The notes: generated by a model not told the origin, from the sequence alone. A stretch of DNA of 64,000 bases from Thermoplasmata archaeon (GCA_038874435.1 JAVZCK010000001.1:154255-218254), one strand, 5' to 3'. Counted from the first letter of the stretch, positions 41,246 through 52,195 are shown. Translations and numbers: made by a program.

Positions 41246-42046
41246 TTATATCACCTTCTTCTCCATCAGAGCTTCAACTATTTTCTTTACACTCTCTTCC
41301 ACATTTTCGGTGTAGACCACGCCTTTACCACGAACTGGTGGTGAATACACTCTTGAAACCTGTGTTGGTGAGCCAGATAAACCGAACCTGTTTTTGTCTC
41401 CACCCAGTGTCTCAGCAGTCCAGGTTTCAAATGGCTTCTTGTTTGCCTTGAGAATTGCAGCCATCGAAGGGTTTGAAGGTTCAAAGGAGGAAGGTGTGGA
41501 GCATGTAATAAGCACAGGCAACTTCACTTCCACCACTTTATAGCCATCATCGGTCAAGCTTTTCACAGTGAGTTTGTTGTTTTCAAAACCTAGAATTGAA
41601 TCCACATAAGTTACCTGTGGAATACCCAGATGCTGTGCAACTTCTGGACCTACCTGAGCAGTGTCTCCATCAATTGCCTGCTGCCCGCAGAAGACAATGT
41701 CAAATTTTCCAAGTTTTTTCACAGCTTCTGCGAGTGTGAGAGAGGTTGCCCAAGTGTCTGCACCTGCAAACGCCCTATCGCTGAGCAGAATACCTTTATC
41801 GGCACCCAGAGCCAAGCATTTCATAATTGCGGATTTTGCCTGCGGTGGCCCCATTGAAATTACAGTCACATTTACAGGTGTTTTATCTCTGATTTTTTCC
41901 CGCAGGCGAAGGGCTTCTTCAAGTGCAAACTGGTCGAATGGATTCAGTATGCTCGGAACTCCGTCTCTTATTAAGGTGCCAGTTTTAGGGTCCACTTTAA
42001 CTTCCGTTGTATCAGGCACCTGTTTCACAAGAACTACGAATTCCAT
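41246..42046 (-). CDS. etfB: Electron transfer flavoprotein beta subunit
   Basis: KQVPDT, NPFD, SMGPPQA, AGADTWAT and GQQAIDGDTAQVGP motifs. Confidence 0.95.
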   Translation of the reverse strand: MEFVVLVKQVPDTTEVKVDPKTGTLIRDGVPSILNPFDQFALEEALRLREKIRDKTPVNVTVISMGPPQAKSAIMKCLALGADKGILLSDRAFAGADTWATSLTLAEAVKKLGKFDIVFCGQQAIDGDTAQVGPEVAQHLGIPQVTYVDSILGFENNKLTVKSLTDDGYKVVEVKLPVLITCSTPSSFEPSNPSMAAILKANKKPFETWTAETLGGDKNRFGLSGSPTQVSRVYSPPVRGKGVVYTENVEESVKKIVEALMEKKVI

Positions 42047-42064
42047 AAAATCACCTGGCTTTTT

Positions 42065-43258
42065 CTATCTGTAGGGTATGAACTCCTTACCAAGCAATTC
42101 TCTGCCTACAATTATTCTCATGATTTCCTTTGAACCTTCAGCCCAGCCAAATGAACGCACGGCTCGCCAAGCACATTGGTCTGGACATTCCTTAGTGTAG
42201 CCAAAAGCACCCTGCCACTGCATCACATCGTCAATTGCCGCACATGCCCACTCCTGAGCAAACAGCTTAGCCATTGCAATTGCCTTTGCAGTTTCAAACC
42301 TCTTTGCCTTCCCTTTCTGTTCAAGGTCAAAGGTATGCATTGCCTTGTATGCCATGTCCTTCAGCATTGAGAGCTTTGTATAATGCTCTGCAAGTTTAAA
42401 CTGGATACCTTCGAATTTGCCGATGGGTGTGCCAAAGCACTTTCTTTGCTTGATGTAGTTCATGCCATTCTCCAATGACTTCAGGCCAGCAGATGCACAG
42501 ATCATCGAGATCAGGCCTCGGGCAAATTCATAACCCTCATGCACAATGTAGAATCCCTTATTTTCCTCGCCTATCAAATAGTGTTTTGGAATCTCTACAT
42601 TATCTATTGTAAAGCCGCCTGTAGAGATACCCTCTCTGCCAAGGTCATCTACATAGGTAGGTGTTATGCCCTTACTCTGCAGCGGGAGATAGAAGAGCGT
42701 CATTCCTCTTGTCCCAAGCTCTGGCGTCTGTTTCGCAATTGTAACATGGCCTCCTCCTCTTGTGTATGCCTCTCTTACGCCAGAAATATACATTTTCTCG
42801 CCATTTACAATGTAGCCCTTTTCTGTGGGTGTAATTCTCGTCCTTGTGGAACCAAGGTCTGAGCCCGCATCACTTTCTGTCGTAGCGATTCCTAGGAACC
42901 ACTCTCCTTTTGTCACCTTCGGAAAAACTTCACTCTTGCATTCATGGGTTCCGTACTTGTTCAGAACATGACCCCAGGAGGCCTGAATGAGATAGAATAC
43001 TGGTATCGATCCTGTTGGGTCCACCCTTGCAAGTTCCTCTGCGACTATTGCACAGGTAACCGCATCAAAACCAACACCACCATATTCTGGGGAGGCAGTA
43101 GGGGCAATTATTCCGAGTTCTGCCATGCCCTTCACAATGTCCAATGGAATTTCCCTGGTTTCCTCCATTTTGAGTGCAATAGGTGCAATCTTGCGCTCTG
43201 CAAACTCCCTGACACTCTGCCTTATCATTTCCTGTTCTTCAGTAAAGGTATAATCCAT
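42065..43258 (-). CDS. Acyl-CoA dehydrogenase
   Basis: TESDAGSD, NGEKMYIS, RKCFGTPIGKFEGIQFKLA, QGAFGY and EGSKEIMR motifs. Confidence 0.93.
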   Translation of the reverse strand: MDYTFTEEQEMIRQSVREFAERKIAPIALKMEETREIPLDIVKGMAELGIIAPTASPEYGGVGFDAVTCAIVAEELARVDPTGSIPVFYLIQASWGHVLNKYGTHECKSEVFPKVTKGEWFLGIATTESDAGSDLGSTRTRITPTEKGYIVNGEKMYISGVREAYTRGGGHVTIAKQTPELGTRGMTLFYLPLQSKGITPTYVDDLGREGISTGGFTIDNVEIPKHYLIGEENKGFYIVHEGYEFARGLISMICASAGLKSLENGMNYIKQRKCFGTPIGKFEGIQFKLAEHYTKLSMLKDMAYKAMHTFDLEQKGKAKRFETAKAIAMAKLFAQEWACAAIDDVMQWQGAFGYTKECPDQCAWRAVRSFGWAEGSKEIMRIIVGRELLGKEFIPYR

Positions 43259-43451
43259 TTCCACCACCAACAAGGGATAAGGTAAATGTGTATAAATAAT
43301 TAAGGGTGTTTTTTTATGTTACTATCAATGAGGGAACATTTTCTTGCGAGAAATGGCAATTGAAACTGCCAGAAGTCGCTTCCCAGAAGGGAAAATTAAA
43401 CAAAACATATATATAGCACAGATGTATCTTCCTCCTAACAGGAGGCTTAAA

Positions 43452-46400
43452 ATGCTGAGAAAAGTAGGAAGTATATTGGTAGTGACTGCAATGATAGCAG
43501 CGGCACTTATAGTTTTGACACAACCAGTGAATGCAGCGTCGCAGACAAATGTGCCCGGATTGGCTGAGAAAGTACCTCCTAAGCTTCTAAATGGGCCGAA
43601 AGACGATAAGGTGAAGGTGTACATAGTCACCACGGACATAAACGAACTGGGTAACGCCCTTAGGAGTTTGGGAGTGGATACGAAGATTGGAAGTGTGCCT
43701 GCAAAGAAGAGATTGATGTTCCCAGTAGTGGAAGTTCCAAGGGCAATTTTGTCCGAGGTCTCCAAGCTGGGGAGTGTTATGCAGGTAATGGAATACAAGT
43801 ATCCGGAGATCGACAGACTCCCAGAGGAATATGTGAAGGCAGTTAATGACGATGTGATTACAAAAGCAAGCGGTGGTGTTGCACCTCAGATGTACTTTGC
43901 CACCCAGCATCACCATGCAGCAGATGCATGGGCAAGTGGATTTACTGGCAAAGGTGTCAACATTGCGATAGTAGACACGGGTGTGGACTTTGGCAACCCT
44001 GACCTTCAAGGCGTGCAGGCAAGGGTGACTGATACAACATCTCCATACTATGGATATCCAATTGTGTTTGACTCAAGCTCTCTGCTGATCTACCTTGCTT
44101 ATGATGGTTGGGCACCACTGGGCTATTCATGGTTTGCGGACACAAGCTATGAAAGTGATGCCACACCAGAGGGCTATGTTCCGTTTGACGGCAACTGGTA
44201 TTGTGTAGATGGCATTCCATCATACACAGGCAAGTATCACCTTGGCTATCATCCAGATGTAAATCTGCAATCCGCATACTTATCAGCCGGATATGAACAC
44301 ATGGTAGCTGTACTGGTAAGTGCGGAGAACAGAACTGGTGACCCATCTATATATGACACGGTCTATGTGGACCTTGACAACGACCTTGACTTCACAGATG
44401 AAAAGCCATGTTACATCTGGAGGTCTGCATCAGACCCAATGGATGCAGAAATATCATGGTCTGACAACTACAATGCAACCTCTGGTGAGTACGGAGACAC
44501 ATATGACAGCGGTGACGGGTTTGCAGACATATCTGGGGGTATGATTTATTTCATAGCAGATGGAAATAAGTACATTCCATACGAAGACCTCTATGCATCA
44601 TACTATGGAGTGTCCCCAATTCTGCCTGATAACGGCTGTCTCGTAGCATTCTCTTTGGACAATGATGGCCATGGTACTGGATGCTCAGGCACTGCAGCAG
44701 GACAAGGTAGAATCCCATTCGCAGGTGCTGATGGAAACCTGTACTACCTGGGTAAAGGCATGGCACCGGATGCAAAGATCATAAATGTGCCAATATTCAA
44801 TGTACTCTCAGATACCTACGATGCCTGGTTCTTCGCAGTTGAGGGATATGATGGCGACCCAACCACCCCAGAGGATGGTGCTCAGATTTGCTCAAACAGC
44901 TTTGGCTATTCCAGCAGTTACGATGATGGCTGGAATATGATAGACAGGTATCTCTATTTCATTGCTGCAATGTATGCAGGTGGAGTCACAACATTCACAA
45001 TCGCAAATGGCAACGGAGGACCAGGCTACGGCACAATCACCACACCAACAAATCCATATGTGGTGAATGTTGGTGCAGCAACGGAAATGGGTTACAGAAT
45101 TCCCTACGGTTATGAATCTGGCACTGGTGGTGCTAAGTACGGCGATATAATTCCATTCTCCGGCAGGGGCCCAACAGCAATGGGATATCACGGACCCGAC
45201 ATTGTAGCAGTAGGAGCCTATGGCTGGGCGGCAATTCCATTATGGCAGATTTTTGATGGTTCTGCTGCTGGAGACCTGTTCAGTGGAACAAGTCAGGCAT
45301 GTCCTGCTGCTGCAGGTGCATTGGCGCTTATTTATGACGCTACTAAACAGGCCACCGGCACCTTCCCGACAGCTACAGTCGCCAAACGTTATCTGACACT
45401 TGGTGCAGATGATATCCACTATGATGTTTTCTCTCAGGGCTCTGGCTACATCAACTGCAAGCGCTCAGTTGACATTGCGGCAAGAGTGGCTGGAATTTAC
45501 TCAACCCTGAGTTTCTGGCAGCCTGGCACAAGCACAGGTTTGCCTGGCGGCAGCAAACCAACGATGTTTGCAAAGATGATGTTCCCAGGAACCTCAGATT
45601 CAACAACATTTACTTTGTACAATGATTACCACTCGAATGTAATGGTACATTTGGATGCTAAGCAGATTGTGAAGATAGGCGAGGCAACCACAGACCTCAC
45701 AACAACTGAGACAGTGAACAGGTGGTGGCTGAAACTGAGCGACCTCATTACTAATAGCACCCTTAGAAACAGTACACAATTGCTTAAAGTGACTGCCTAC
45801 TACGATTATTCCGTATTTGATATGAAAAATGATTACACAGATGATGTGGTCTATAGAGTTGACATTCACGACTGGACTGATGCAAACGGAAATGGTGTGA
45901 TGGACAACAAGACCCTAAACCAAGAATTCAACAGATACACAGTAGAACTTGTAACAGGTAATGTCCAGGAGGCATGGATTCATGACCCAGTAGCAAGGAG
46001 CCACGACGATACAATCATAGAGGTAAGACCGTACAAATACAAGTATAGCACTCATGGCCCTGTCACAATCCACTTGCTGCTTGAATGTTATGCCCAGCAG
46101 GATTGGCCATTGATTACCTTCTCCCAGAATGACTTCATACTGGCTCCTTATGGACAGACTGGTTACAGCAGGAGTATCACCGCAAACATTGCAGTGCCTT
46201 CAGATTATGGTGTGGGCTGTTATGAAGGAGCAATTATAATCGACGATGGCACAAACACATCAGTTATACCGGTATCTCTGAATGTAGCAGGCAACTTCAC
46301 AAACGATGCTTTTGTGTTTGGAAGCAACACACTTGACACAATCTATGAGAACAGCAAGGTGAGAGGTAAGTACGACTGGGGCTGGAGAGCAGAAACCGGT

Positions 46401-49061
46401 GATTGGCGATTCTACTTCATATGGGTTAAAACTTCGTTGACTGACCTTACAAACCAGTACATGTTGCTTGACCTCAAGTGGCAGTATGCACCTACTGACA
46501 TTGATGCCTACATTCAGGGACCAAAGTCCGATGGGTTTTCGGCATCCTACCCAAGTGTGTTTGGTCCATACACACTAGGAACAATTGGAAGGAGCTCAAA
46601 CTCCTATGCGTCAGCAGGCAAGTACACATTTGACTCCTCAACTGATGGACCGAGAGACATTGTGTTTGCACCTTTAAGGCCCGGATTAAACCAGATTATT
46701 CTGCACAACACGCTGTTGAATGCTACGGACTATCCAGAATCCTTCACATGGGAACTGAGCAGGATGTACTATAAATCCTGGACAACTGACCTTTATGCAT
46801 ATGTCACAGACCATGTTTACACAACTGGCAAAGTGGGTGAGGTTGCAATCAACTCCTCAAAGGACTGGGATGGTATGTCTTCTAAGGTGGATAGCATGAC
46901 TACTACTGTTTACACAAACCAGATTGTTTATCAGGACAATCCAGATGATTACACCACTGCAAGCTGGGTTAAGCCAGTAAAGGTTCTTGGAGCAAGCATG
47001 TTGAAGATTGCAATCACAAGGGTAGGAAATCCAAGTGATGACCTTGACCTCTTCTTAGTCTACGATGCGAACAACAATGGGCAGTATGACAGTGGAGATG
47101 CACTGAAGGCTTACTCTGCCACTAGTGCTGCTCTGGAAGCGATAAACTACAAGAATCCTGCAGATGGCACTTACTTTGTGCTTGTGCATGGCTGGAGCGT
47201 ACCCGGTGGCAGTGATAACTTTGACATCAGCATTGGCATTGGCTCAAAGATGCCATTGTTCAGCTGTGTTGGTATGCCTACAGTTGTGAAGAACAACACG
47301 CTCTACACATTCGACATTATGGCGAATATTCCACCGCTTGGCGGAGTCTTCGGTGCAACTGTTGGCTTTGGTCCAGAGAACTCTGGTAAGACATTCTCAG
47401 TTGATGTGCAGGCAGAGATTGAGGATGGTGCCGCACCCGAGCTTCAGGTCTCTTCACCAGCTGACGGTTCGTATGTAACCACAGCTACACCTCTTATAAA
47501 GGCCAGATACACAGATGATGTGGTAACCTCAGCAATGAATGTAAACTCTGTGGTCATGAAGGTTGATGGAATAACTGTGACTTCGCAGGCGAAGATAGAC
47601 CCAGATGCAGGCGAAATTTCATTCACACCACTAACAGCACTACCCGAGGGCAAGCACACAGTGTATGTCTCTGCAAAAGACAGTTATGGCAATGGGGCGT
47701 CAATAACCTGGGCGTTCACAGTGGACACAGTGCCACCGACACTCGTGGTGACCGCACCCACAGGTGGTGAAATCACAAACAACCCAACGCTGAAAGTGAA
47801 GGGTTACACAGATGCCGTGGACTCTGACGTCACAATAAACGGAAATGCGGTACCACTGGCGGCAGATGGCTCGTTTGACTACCCAGTTGCTCTCTCTGAA
47901 GGCTCAAACACAATCACAGTGGAGGCAACTGATGTTGCTGGACACACAGTCCAGATAATGAAGAAAGTCACACTTGATACCAAGGCACCAACACTGACAG
48001 TAACTGCACCAGCACAGGATGCGATTGTCAGCACGAGCGTGATCACTGTGACTGGTACAACTGAAAAGAATGCAGTGGTTATGGTTAACGGTAACTATGC
48101 AACCGTGGATTCTTCTGGTAACTTCGCTGCCACAGTGACACTTGCAGAAGGACAAAATGCAATCCAGGTAACTTCAAGGGATGCTGCAGGCAACATCGCA
48201 AAGGCCACAGTCAATGTAGTTCTAGATACAATTGCGCCTGCAATTACTGTAACAACACCAGTTGAAGGTGCAATATTTGCATCTGGAACTGCTGAAGTTG
48301 CAGGTACAGTGGTTGATGCAAACCTGGCAACCCTGAAGGTGAATGGCAATGTGGTCACAGTCACAAACAATGCGTTCTCCACATCAGTCACGCTGGTAGA
48401 GGGCGCAAATGCAATCACACTTGAGGCAACTGACCTCGCAGGGAATGTGAAGACCGTGGTCGTGAATGTGGTGCTGGATACTCAAGCACCAACACTCTCA
48501 GTAACTGCATCTGCCACAGAGACAAAAGTGCCAGTAGTGACACTTAACGGTACGGTTTCTGACGCAGGCACAGGTGTGGCAAAGGTGACGGTGAATGGCA
48601 ACCTGGTGACTGTAGGAAGCGATGGCAAGTTCACAGCAAATGTTGGACTGCTTGAGGGCACAAATACAATCACAGTGATTGCCTACGATGTTGCAGGCAA
48701 CGCCAAGACCTCAACTCTCTCAGTGAAATACAACTATGTACCAGAGCTTGGTGATGTCAACAACAAGATTAACCAGACCAACCAGGATTTGAACAATGCA
48801 AAGGACCAGCTAAACAACAAGATTGACGACACGAAGAACAATCTCTCAGACAGCATAAACTCCACTGGCCTAAATGCAATGCTCCTTGCAGTGCTAGGCA
48901 TAATCCTCGCAGTAGTGGCCATTGTGCTCCAATTTGTGATGAAGCCAAAGCCACCTGCGACGGAGGCCCCGAAGGAGTGGAGTGCACCCACAGAGACACC
49001 ATCAGAGCCGGCGACTGAAACTACACCTTCAGAGCCAACAACTGAAGAACCAAAACCATAA
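43452..49061 (+). CDS. Membrane-anchored S8 (subtilisin/pyrolysin-like) serine protease with Ig-like repeats
   Basis: Signal peptide after a GGAGG RBS; catalytic triad motifs IVDTG, GHGTGC and SGTSQA; repeated LxEGxNxIxV.AxDxAGN units; C-terminal TM and Pro/Thr/Glu tail. Confidence 0.9.
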   Translation: MLRKVGSILVVTAMIAAALIVLTQPVNAASQTNVPGLAEKVPPKLLNGPKDDKVKVYIVTTDINELGNALRSLGVDTKIGSVPAKKRLMFPVVEVPRAILSEVSKLGSVMQVMEYKYPEIDRLPEEYVKAVNDDVITKASGGVAPQMYFATQHHHAADAWASGFTGKGVNIAIVDTGVDFGNPDLQGVQARVTDTTSPYYGYPIVFDSSSLLIYLAYDGWAPLGYSWFADTSYESDATPEGYVPFDGNWYCVDGIPSYTGKYHLGYHPDVNLQSAYLSAGYEHMVAVLVSAENRTGDPSIYDTVYVDLDNDLDFTDEKPCYIWRSASDPMDAEISWSDNYNATSGEYGDTYDSGDGFADISGGMIYFIADGNKYIPYEDLYASYYGVSPILPDNGCLVAFSLDNDGHGTGCSGTAAGQGRIPFAGADGNLYYLGKGMAPDAKIINVPIFNVLSDTYDAWFFAVEGYDGDPTTPEDGAQICSNSFGYSSSYDDGWNMIDRYLYFIAAMYAGGVTTFTIANGNGGPGYGTITTPTNPYVVNVGAATEMGYRIPYGYESGTGGAKYGDIIPFSGRGPTAMGYHGPDIVAVGAYGWAAIPLWQIFDGSAAGDLFSGTSQACPAAAGALALIYDATKQATGTFPTATVAKRYLTLGADDIHYDVFSQGSGYINCKRSVDIAARVAGIYSTLSFWQPGTSTGLPGGSKPTMFAKMMFPGTSDSTTFTLYNDYHSNVMVHLDAKQIVKIGEATTDLTTTETVNRWWLKLSDLITNSTLRNSTQLLKVTAYYDYSVFDMKNDYTDDVVYRVDIHDWTDANGNGVMDNKTLNQEFNRYTVELVTGNVQEAWIHDPVARSHDDTIIEVRPYKYKYSTHGPVTIHLLLECYAQQDWPLITFSQNDFILAPYGQTGYSRSITANIAVPSDYGVGCYEGAIIIDDGTNTSVIPVSLNVAGNFTNDAFVFGSNTLDTIYENSKVRGKYDWGWRAETGDWRFYFIWVKTSLTDLTNQYMLLDLKWQYAPTDIDAYIQGPKSDGFSASYPSVFGPYTLGTIGRSSNSYASAGKYTFDSSTDGPRDIVFAPLRPGLNQIILHNTLLNATDYPESFTWELSRMYYKSWTTDLYAYVTDHVYTTGKVGEVAINSSKDWDGMSSKVDSMTTTVYTNQIVYQDNPDDYTTASWVKPVKVLGASMLKIAITRVGNPSDDLDLFLVYDANNNGQYDSGDALKAYSATSAALEAINYKNPADGTYFVLVHGWSVPGGSDNFDISIGIGSKMPLFSCVGMPTVVKNNTLYTFDIMANIPPLGGVFGATVGFGPENSGKTFSVDVQAEIEDGAAPELQVSSPADGSYVTTATPLIKARYTDDVVTSAMNVNSVVMKVDGITVTSQAKIDPDAGEISFTPLTALPEGKHTVYVSAKDSYGNGASITWAFTVDTVPPTLVVTAPTGGEITNNPTLKVKGYTDAVDSDVTINGNAVPLAADGSFDYPVALSEGSNTITVEATDVAGHTVQIMKKVTLDTKAPTLTVTAPAQDAIVSTSVITVTGTTEKNAVVMVNGNYATVDSSGNFAATVTLAEGQNAIQVTSRDAAGNIAKATVNVVLDTIAPAITVTTPVEGAIFASGTAEVAGTVVDANLATLKVNGNVVTVTNNAFSTSVTLVEGANAITLEATDLAGNVKTVVVNVVLDTQAPTLSVTASATETKVPVVTLNGTVSDAGTGVAKVTVNGNLVTVGSDGKFTANVGLLEGTNTITVIAYDVAGNAKTSTLSVKYNYVPELGDVNNKINQTNQDLNNAKDQLNNKIDDTKNNLSDSINSTGLNAMLLAVLGIILAVVAIVLQFVMKPKPPATEAPKEWSAPTETPSEPATETTPSEPTTEEPKP

Positions 49062-49065
49062 AACC

Positions 49066-49109
49066 TTTTTTTCCAAATTTTTTATTTTTACAGATAACTT
49101 TTTTATTTC
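49066..49109 (+). terminator. Putative oligo-T archaeal terminator after the protease gene
   Basis: Several T-runs immediately after the stop at 49061. Confidence 0.4.
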
Positions 49110-49128
49110 CTCTGTATATGGCTTATCC

Positions 49129-51729
49129 ATGCTCAAAGAATATTGCGCTGGTGAAATCGAGAAAAAATGGCAGGACTGGTGGGAATCTGAAGGGATATAC
49201 AGGTTCGATTTTGATTCAAACAAGCCCTACTATTCAATAGACAATCCTCCTAGATACGCATCTGGAGCGCTTCACATGGGACATGCTACTCACTATACAC
49301 ACATAGATTTTGTTGCAAGATACAAGCGATTGAGGGGTTTCAATGTGTTTTTTCCGCTCTGTTTTGATGTGAATGGAACTCCAATCGAAGTAAATGTTGA
49401 GAAGAAGCACGCGATTACAAAAAATAGTGTTACAAGACATGAATTTATAAAACTTTGCAGTGAGTTTGCAGAGAACAATATTGCAGAGATGACCAGGCAA
49501 TTCAAGATTCTAGGAGAGAGCATGGACCCCTCGATTTACTATCAAACTGATGCTCAGTATTATCGGCGACTCACACAAATTTCGTTTATACGGCTATTCA
49601 ACCAGAACTTGGTTTATAAAGGCACGGCACCTGTGAACTGGTGCCCCAGATGCGAAACAGCTCTTGCAGATGCAGAAGTTGAGTACAGGGAACGCAAAAC
49701 CCTGTTGAATTATATTAAATTCCATGACGAAACAGGGAAGTCGATAATAATCGCAACTACTCGTCCAGAGCTTCTCTGCACCTGTCAACTTGTGGCTGTA
49801 AATCCAGAAGATGAAAACAATTACTTTCTTGCAGGCAGGAATTTATACACTCCTCTCTACAATAAAAAAGTTCAGGTCGTGGCAGACGAGAAGGTTGACC
49901 CAAATTTTGGAACTGGAGTCGTGATGATTTGCACAATTGGTGATAAGGATGACCTGGAATGGGTGTACAAGTATGGATTGCCGCTGGAAATGGCAATTGA
50001 CAGGGAAGGCAGAATGACTGCGATTGCCGGCAAATACAAGGGTATGAAAATAGAGGAGGCAAGAAAGGCAATAATTCAAGACCTGAAAGAGCAGAACTTG
50101 CTTGTAAAACAAATTGAGATTACGCAGAATGTAGGCACATGCTGGCGCTGTCATACACCGATTGAATTTCTTTCCTTGCCACAGTGGTATTTGAAGATTC
50201 TTCCATTCAAGGAAATGGTGCTGAAAGCAACTGAGAAAATAGTATGGCATCCTGACTTCATGAAAATCAGGTTAATTGACTGGGTGAACTCACTTAACAG
50301 GGACTGGGTGGTGTCAAGACAAAGATATTTTGCTACACCTATTCCTGTCTGGGAATGCGTAAAATGCGGACATGCTGTGCCTGCTGAAGAGAAGCAGTGC
50401 TATGTTGACCCAACTGTTGACAAACCTCCTGTGGAAAAGTGTCCCAAATGTGGTGGCGAACTCAAGGGGTCAGAGGAGGTTTTTGACACCTGGATGGATT
50501 CGAGCATCTCACCCCTATACAATGCATTCTGGGAAAGAGATGAGGAAAAGTTCAAGAAATACTATCCAATGAGCATAAGAACGCAAGCCCATGATATAAT
50601 AAGAACCTGGGCATATTACACAATTCTTAGGTGCATGCAACTTACTGGGGATATTCCATGGAAGGAGATAATGGTGGATGGGCACATTCTAGCACCTGAT
50701 GGAACTCCGATGCATGCATCAGCTGGCAATGCCATAGACCCTCTTCCACTCCTTGAAAAATACGGTGCGGATGCATGGCGTTACTTTTGTGGTAAATGTG
50801 CAATCGGTGAGGACACACCCTTTCAGGAAAAGGAACTTGTCCATGGTTCAAGGTTTGTGAATAAATACTACAACATCAGTAGGTTTATTCAAAACGCATT
50901 GAAGGACTGGAATGGAGAAAGGGGAGAACTAGAAGTAGAGGATAAATGGATATTGTCAAAGTATACCAGATGTGTAAAAGAAGTGACGGAGCACATGGAC
51001 AATTTTGATTTTCCACATGCACTCCAGACGATTGAAGAATTTATGTGGCACCAATTTGCTGACCATTATCTGGAGATGGTCAAACACAGAACTCAAAGGC
51101 CAAACACTACATTTACGCTGTTTACAGTAGGACTTGGTCTCACTAAGATGCTCGCGGTGTTTGTACCTCATATTACCGAGGAGGTTTACCAGAATGTCTA
51201 CAGACGATTTGAACATGCAAAAAGTGTTCACATTTCATCCTGGCCTGAGCCGTTTGGAATAGACGAGGAAGCAGAGAGGACAGGGGAATTTGTGAAGGAG
51301 GTTATTGCGGCAGTACGGCGTTGGAAAGTTGAGAATATGGGAGGAATAGGGAAGGAAATAAAGAGGGTTGTGATCACAGGAGAAGAAGCACTCCAGGCTG
51401 AAAGATCAATTGAAACAATTGCAAAAACGGTGCGAGCTTTGGCTGTAGAGATAAAGAGAGATGCTCCAGTGGAAGAGCGCGTTAGTGATGTGTCTCTGAA
51501 CATGGCAAAGGCAGGTCCCTATTTCAAGGAAAAGATCGGAGCAGTTCAAAAAGTTATTAAAAATCTGACGGAAATTCCGCTAGCAGAGAGTGTGGAAATT
51601 ACACTTGACACAGGCGAACAGTTATCAGTTCCGACAGAGTTCCTTTTGTTCAGAAAGACATTTTCATTTGAGGGCAGGGCTGCCCACACACTCGCTTTGC
51701 GGAATTGTGTGATAATCATAGAGAGGTGA
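49129..51729 (+). CDS. valS: Valine--tRNA ligase
   Basis: HMGH (HIGH motif), NWCPRCETALADAE, ATTRPE, DWVVSRQRYFATPIP, FDTWMDSS; ATG at 49129. Confidence 0.95.
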   Translation: MLKEYCAGEIEKKWQDWWESEGIYRFDFDSNKPYYSIDNPPRYASGALHMGHATHYTHIDFVARYKRLRGFNVFFPLCFDVNGTPIEVNVEKKHAITKNSVTRHEFIKLCSEFAENNIAEMTRQFKILGESMDPSIYYQTDAQYYRRLTQISFIRLFNQNLVYKGTAPVNWCPRCETALADAEVEYRERKTLLNYIKFHDETGKSIIIATTRPELLCTCQLVAVNPEDENNYFLAGRNLYTPLYNKKVQVVADEKVDPNFGTGVVMICTIGDKDDLEWVYKYGLPLEMAIDREGRMTAIAGKYKGMKIEEARKAIIQDLKEQNLLVKQIEITQNVGTCWRCHTPIEFLSLPQWYLKILPFKEMVLKATEKIVWHPDFMKIRLIDWVNSLNRDWVVSRQRYFATPIPVWECVKCGHAVPAEEKQCYVDPTVDKPPVEKCPKCGGELKGSEEVFDTWMDSSISPLYNAFWERDEEKFKKYYPMSIRTQAHDIIRTWAYYTILRCMQLTGDIPWKEIMVDGHILAPDGTPMHASAGNAIDPLPLLEKYGADAWRYFCGKCAIGEDTPFQEKELVHGSRFVNKYYNISRFIQNALKDWNGERGELEVEDKWILSKYTRCVKEVTEHMDNFDFPHALQTIEEFMWHQFADHYLEMVKHRTQRPNTTFTLFTVGLGLTKMLAVFVPHITEEVYQNVYRRFEHAKSVHISSWPEPFGIDEEAERTGEFVKEVIAAVRRWKVENMGGIGKEIKRVVITGEEALQAERSIETIAKTVRALAVEIKRDAPVEERVSDVSLNMAKAGPYFKEKIGAVQKVIKNLTEIPLAESVEITLDTGEQLSVPTEFLLFRKTFSFEGRAAHTLALRNCVIIIER

Positions 51730-51730
51730 G

Positions 51731-52195
51731 TTGTCCGTGTTGCCAATTGAAAAAGTCGTACATGATGTGCAACTCCAGAAACACTGGGCATACAGGTTTG
51801 TAGCATTTGTAATCGATGCCGTGCTGATTGCAATTCCATTTTTCATATTCGGACTTTTTGTAGGCGTCTTTCTGAAATTTTTCAATTTCTTTTGGTGGGC
51901 AGGATATGGTGTATGTCTCTGGCTTTATTCAGCGATAACAGAGCATGCAGGTGGGAGAACACTCGGTAAGGCAATGTTGGGTCTAAAAACAGAGGGTAAG
52001 AAAGGAAATTTGGATATGGCTACAGCTCTTATCAGAAATGTAAGCAAAATCTTCGTGCCGCTTCTCTTCCTTGACTGGCTCGGTGGTATGATAACTGATG
52101 GAGACCCGAGGCAGAGATATTTAGACCGTCTTCTCGAAGTTACTGTTAGAAGAACAGATGTGAATGAATCTCAGGGTACAAGCAAGGCCTCTTGA
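51731..52195 (+). CDS. RDD family membrane protein
   Basis: RFVAFVID, GRTLGKAMLGL, IRN and QRYLD pattern. Confidence 0.85.
   Translation: MSVLPIEKVVHDVQLQKHWAYRFVAFVIDAVLIAIPFFIFGLFVGVFLKFFNFFWWAGYGVCLWLYSAITEHAGGRTLGKAMLGLKTEGKKGNLDMATALIRNVSKIFVPLLFLDWLGGMITDGDPRQRYLDRLLEVTVRRTDVNESQGTSKAS

Noticed and set aside
48982..49128. N-terminal extension of valS in the ORF track (likewise 43344..43451 for the protease)
   Set aside because: It overlaps the upstream gene end and a T-rich tract; downstream ATGs at 49129 and 43452 fit better.
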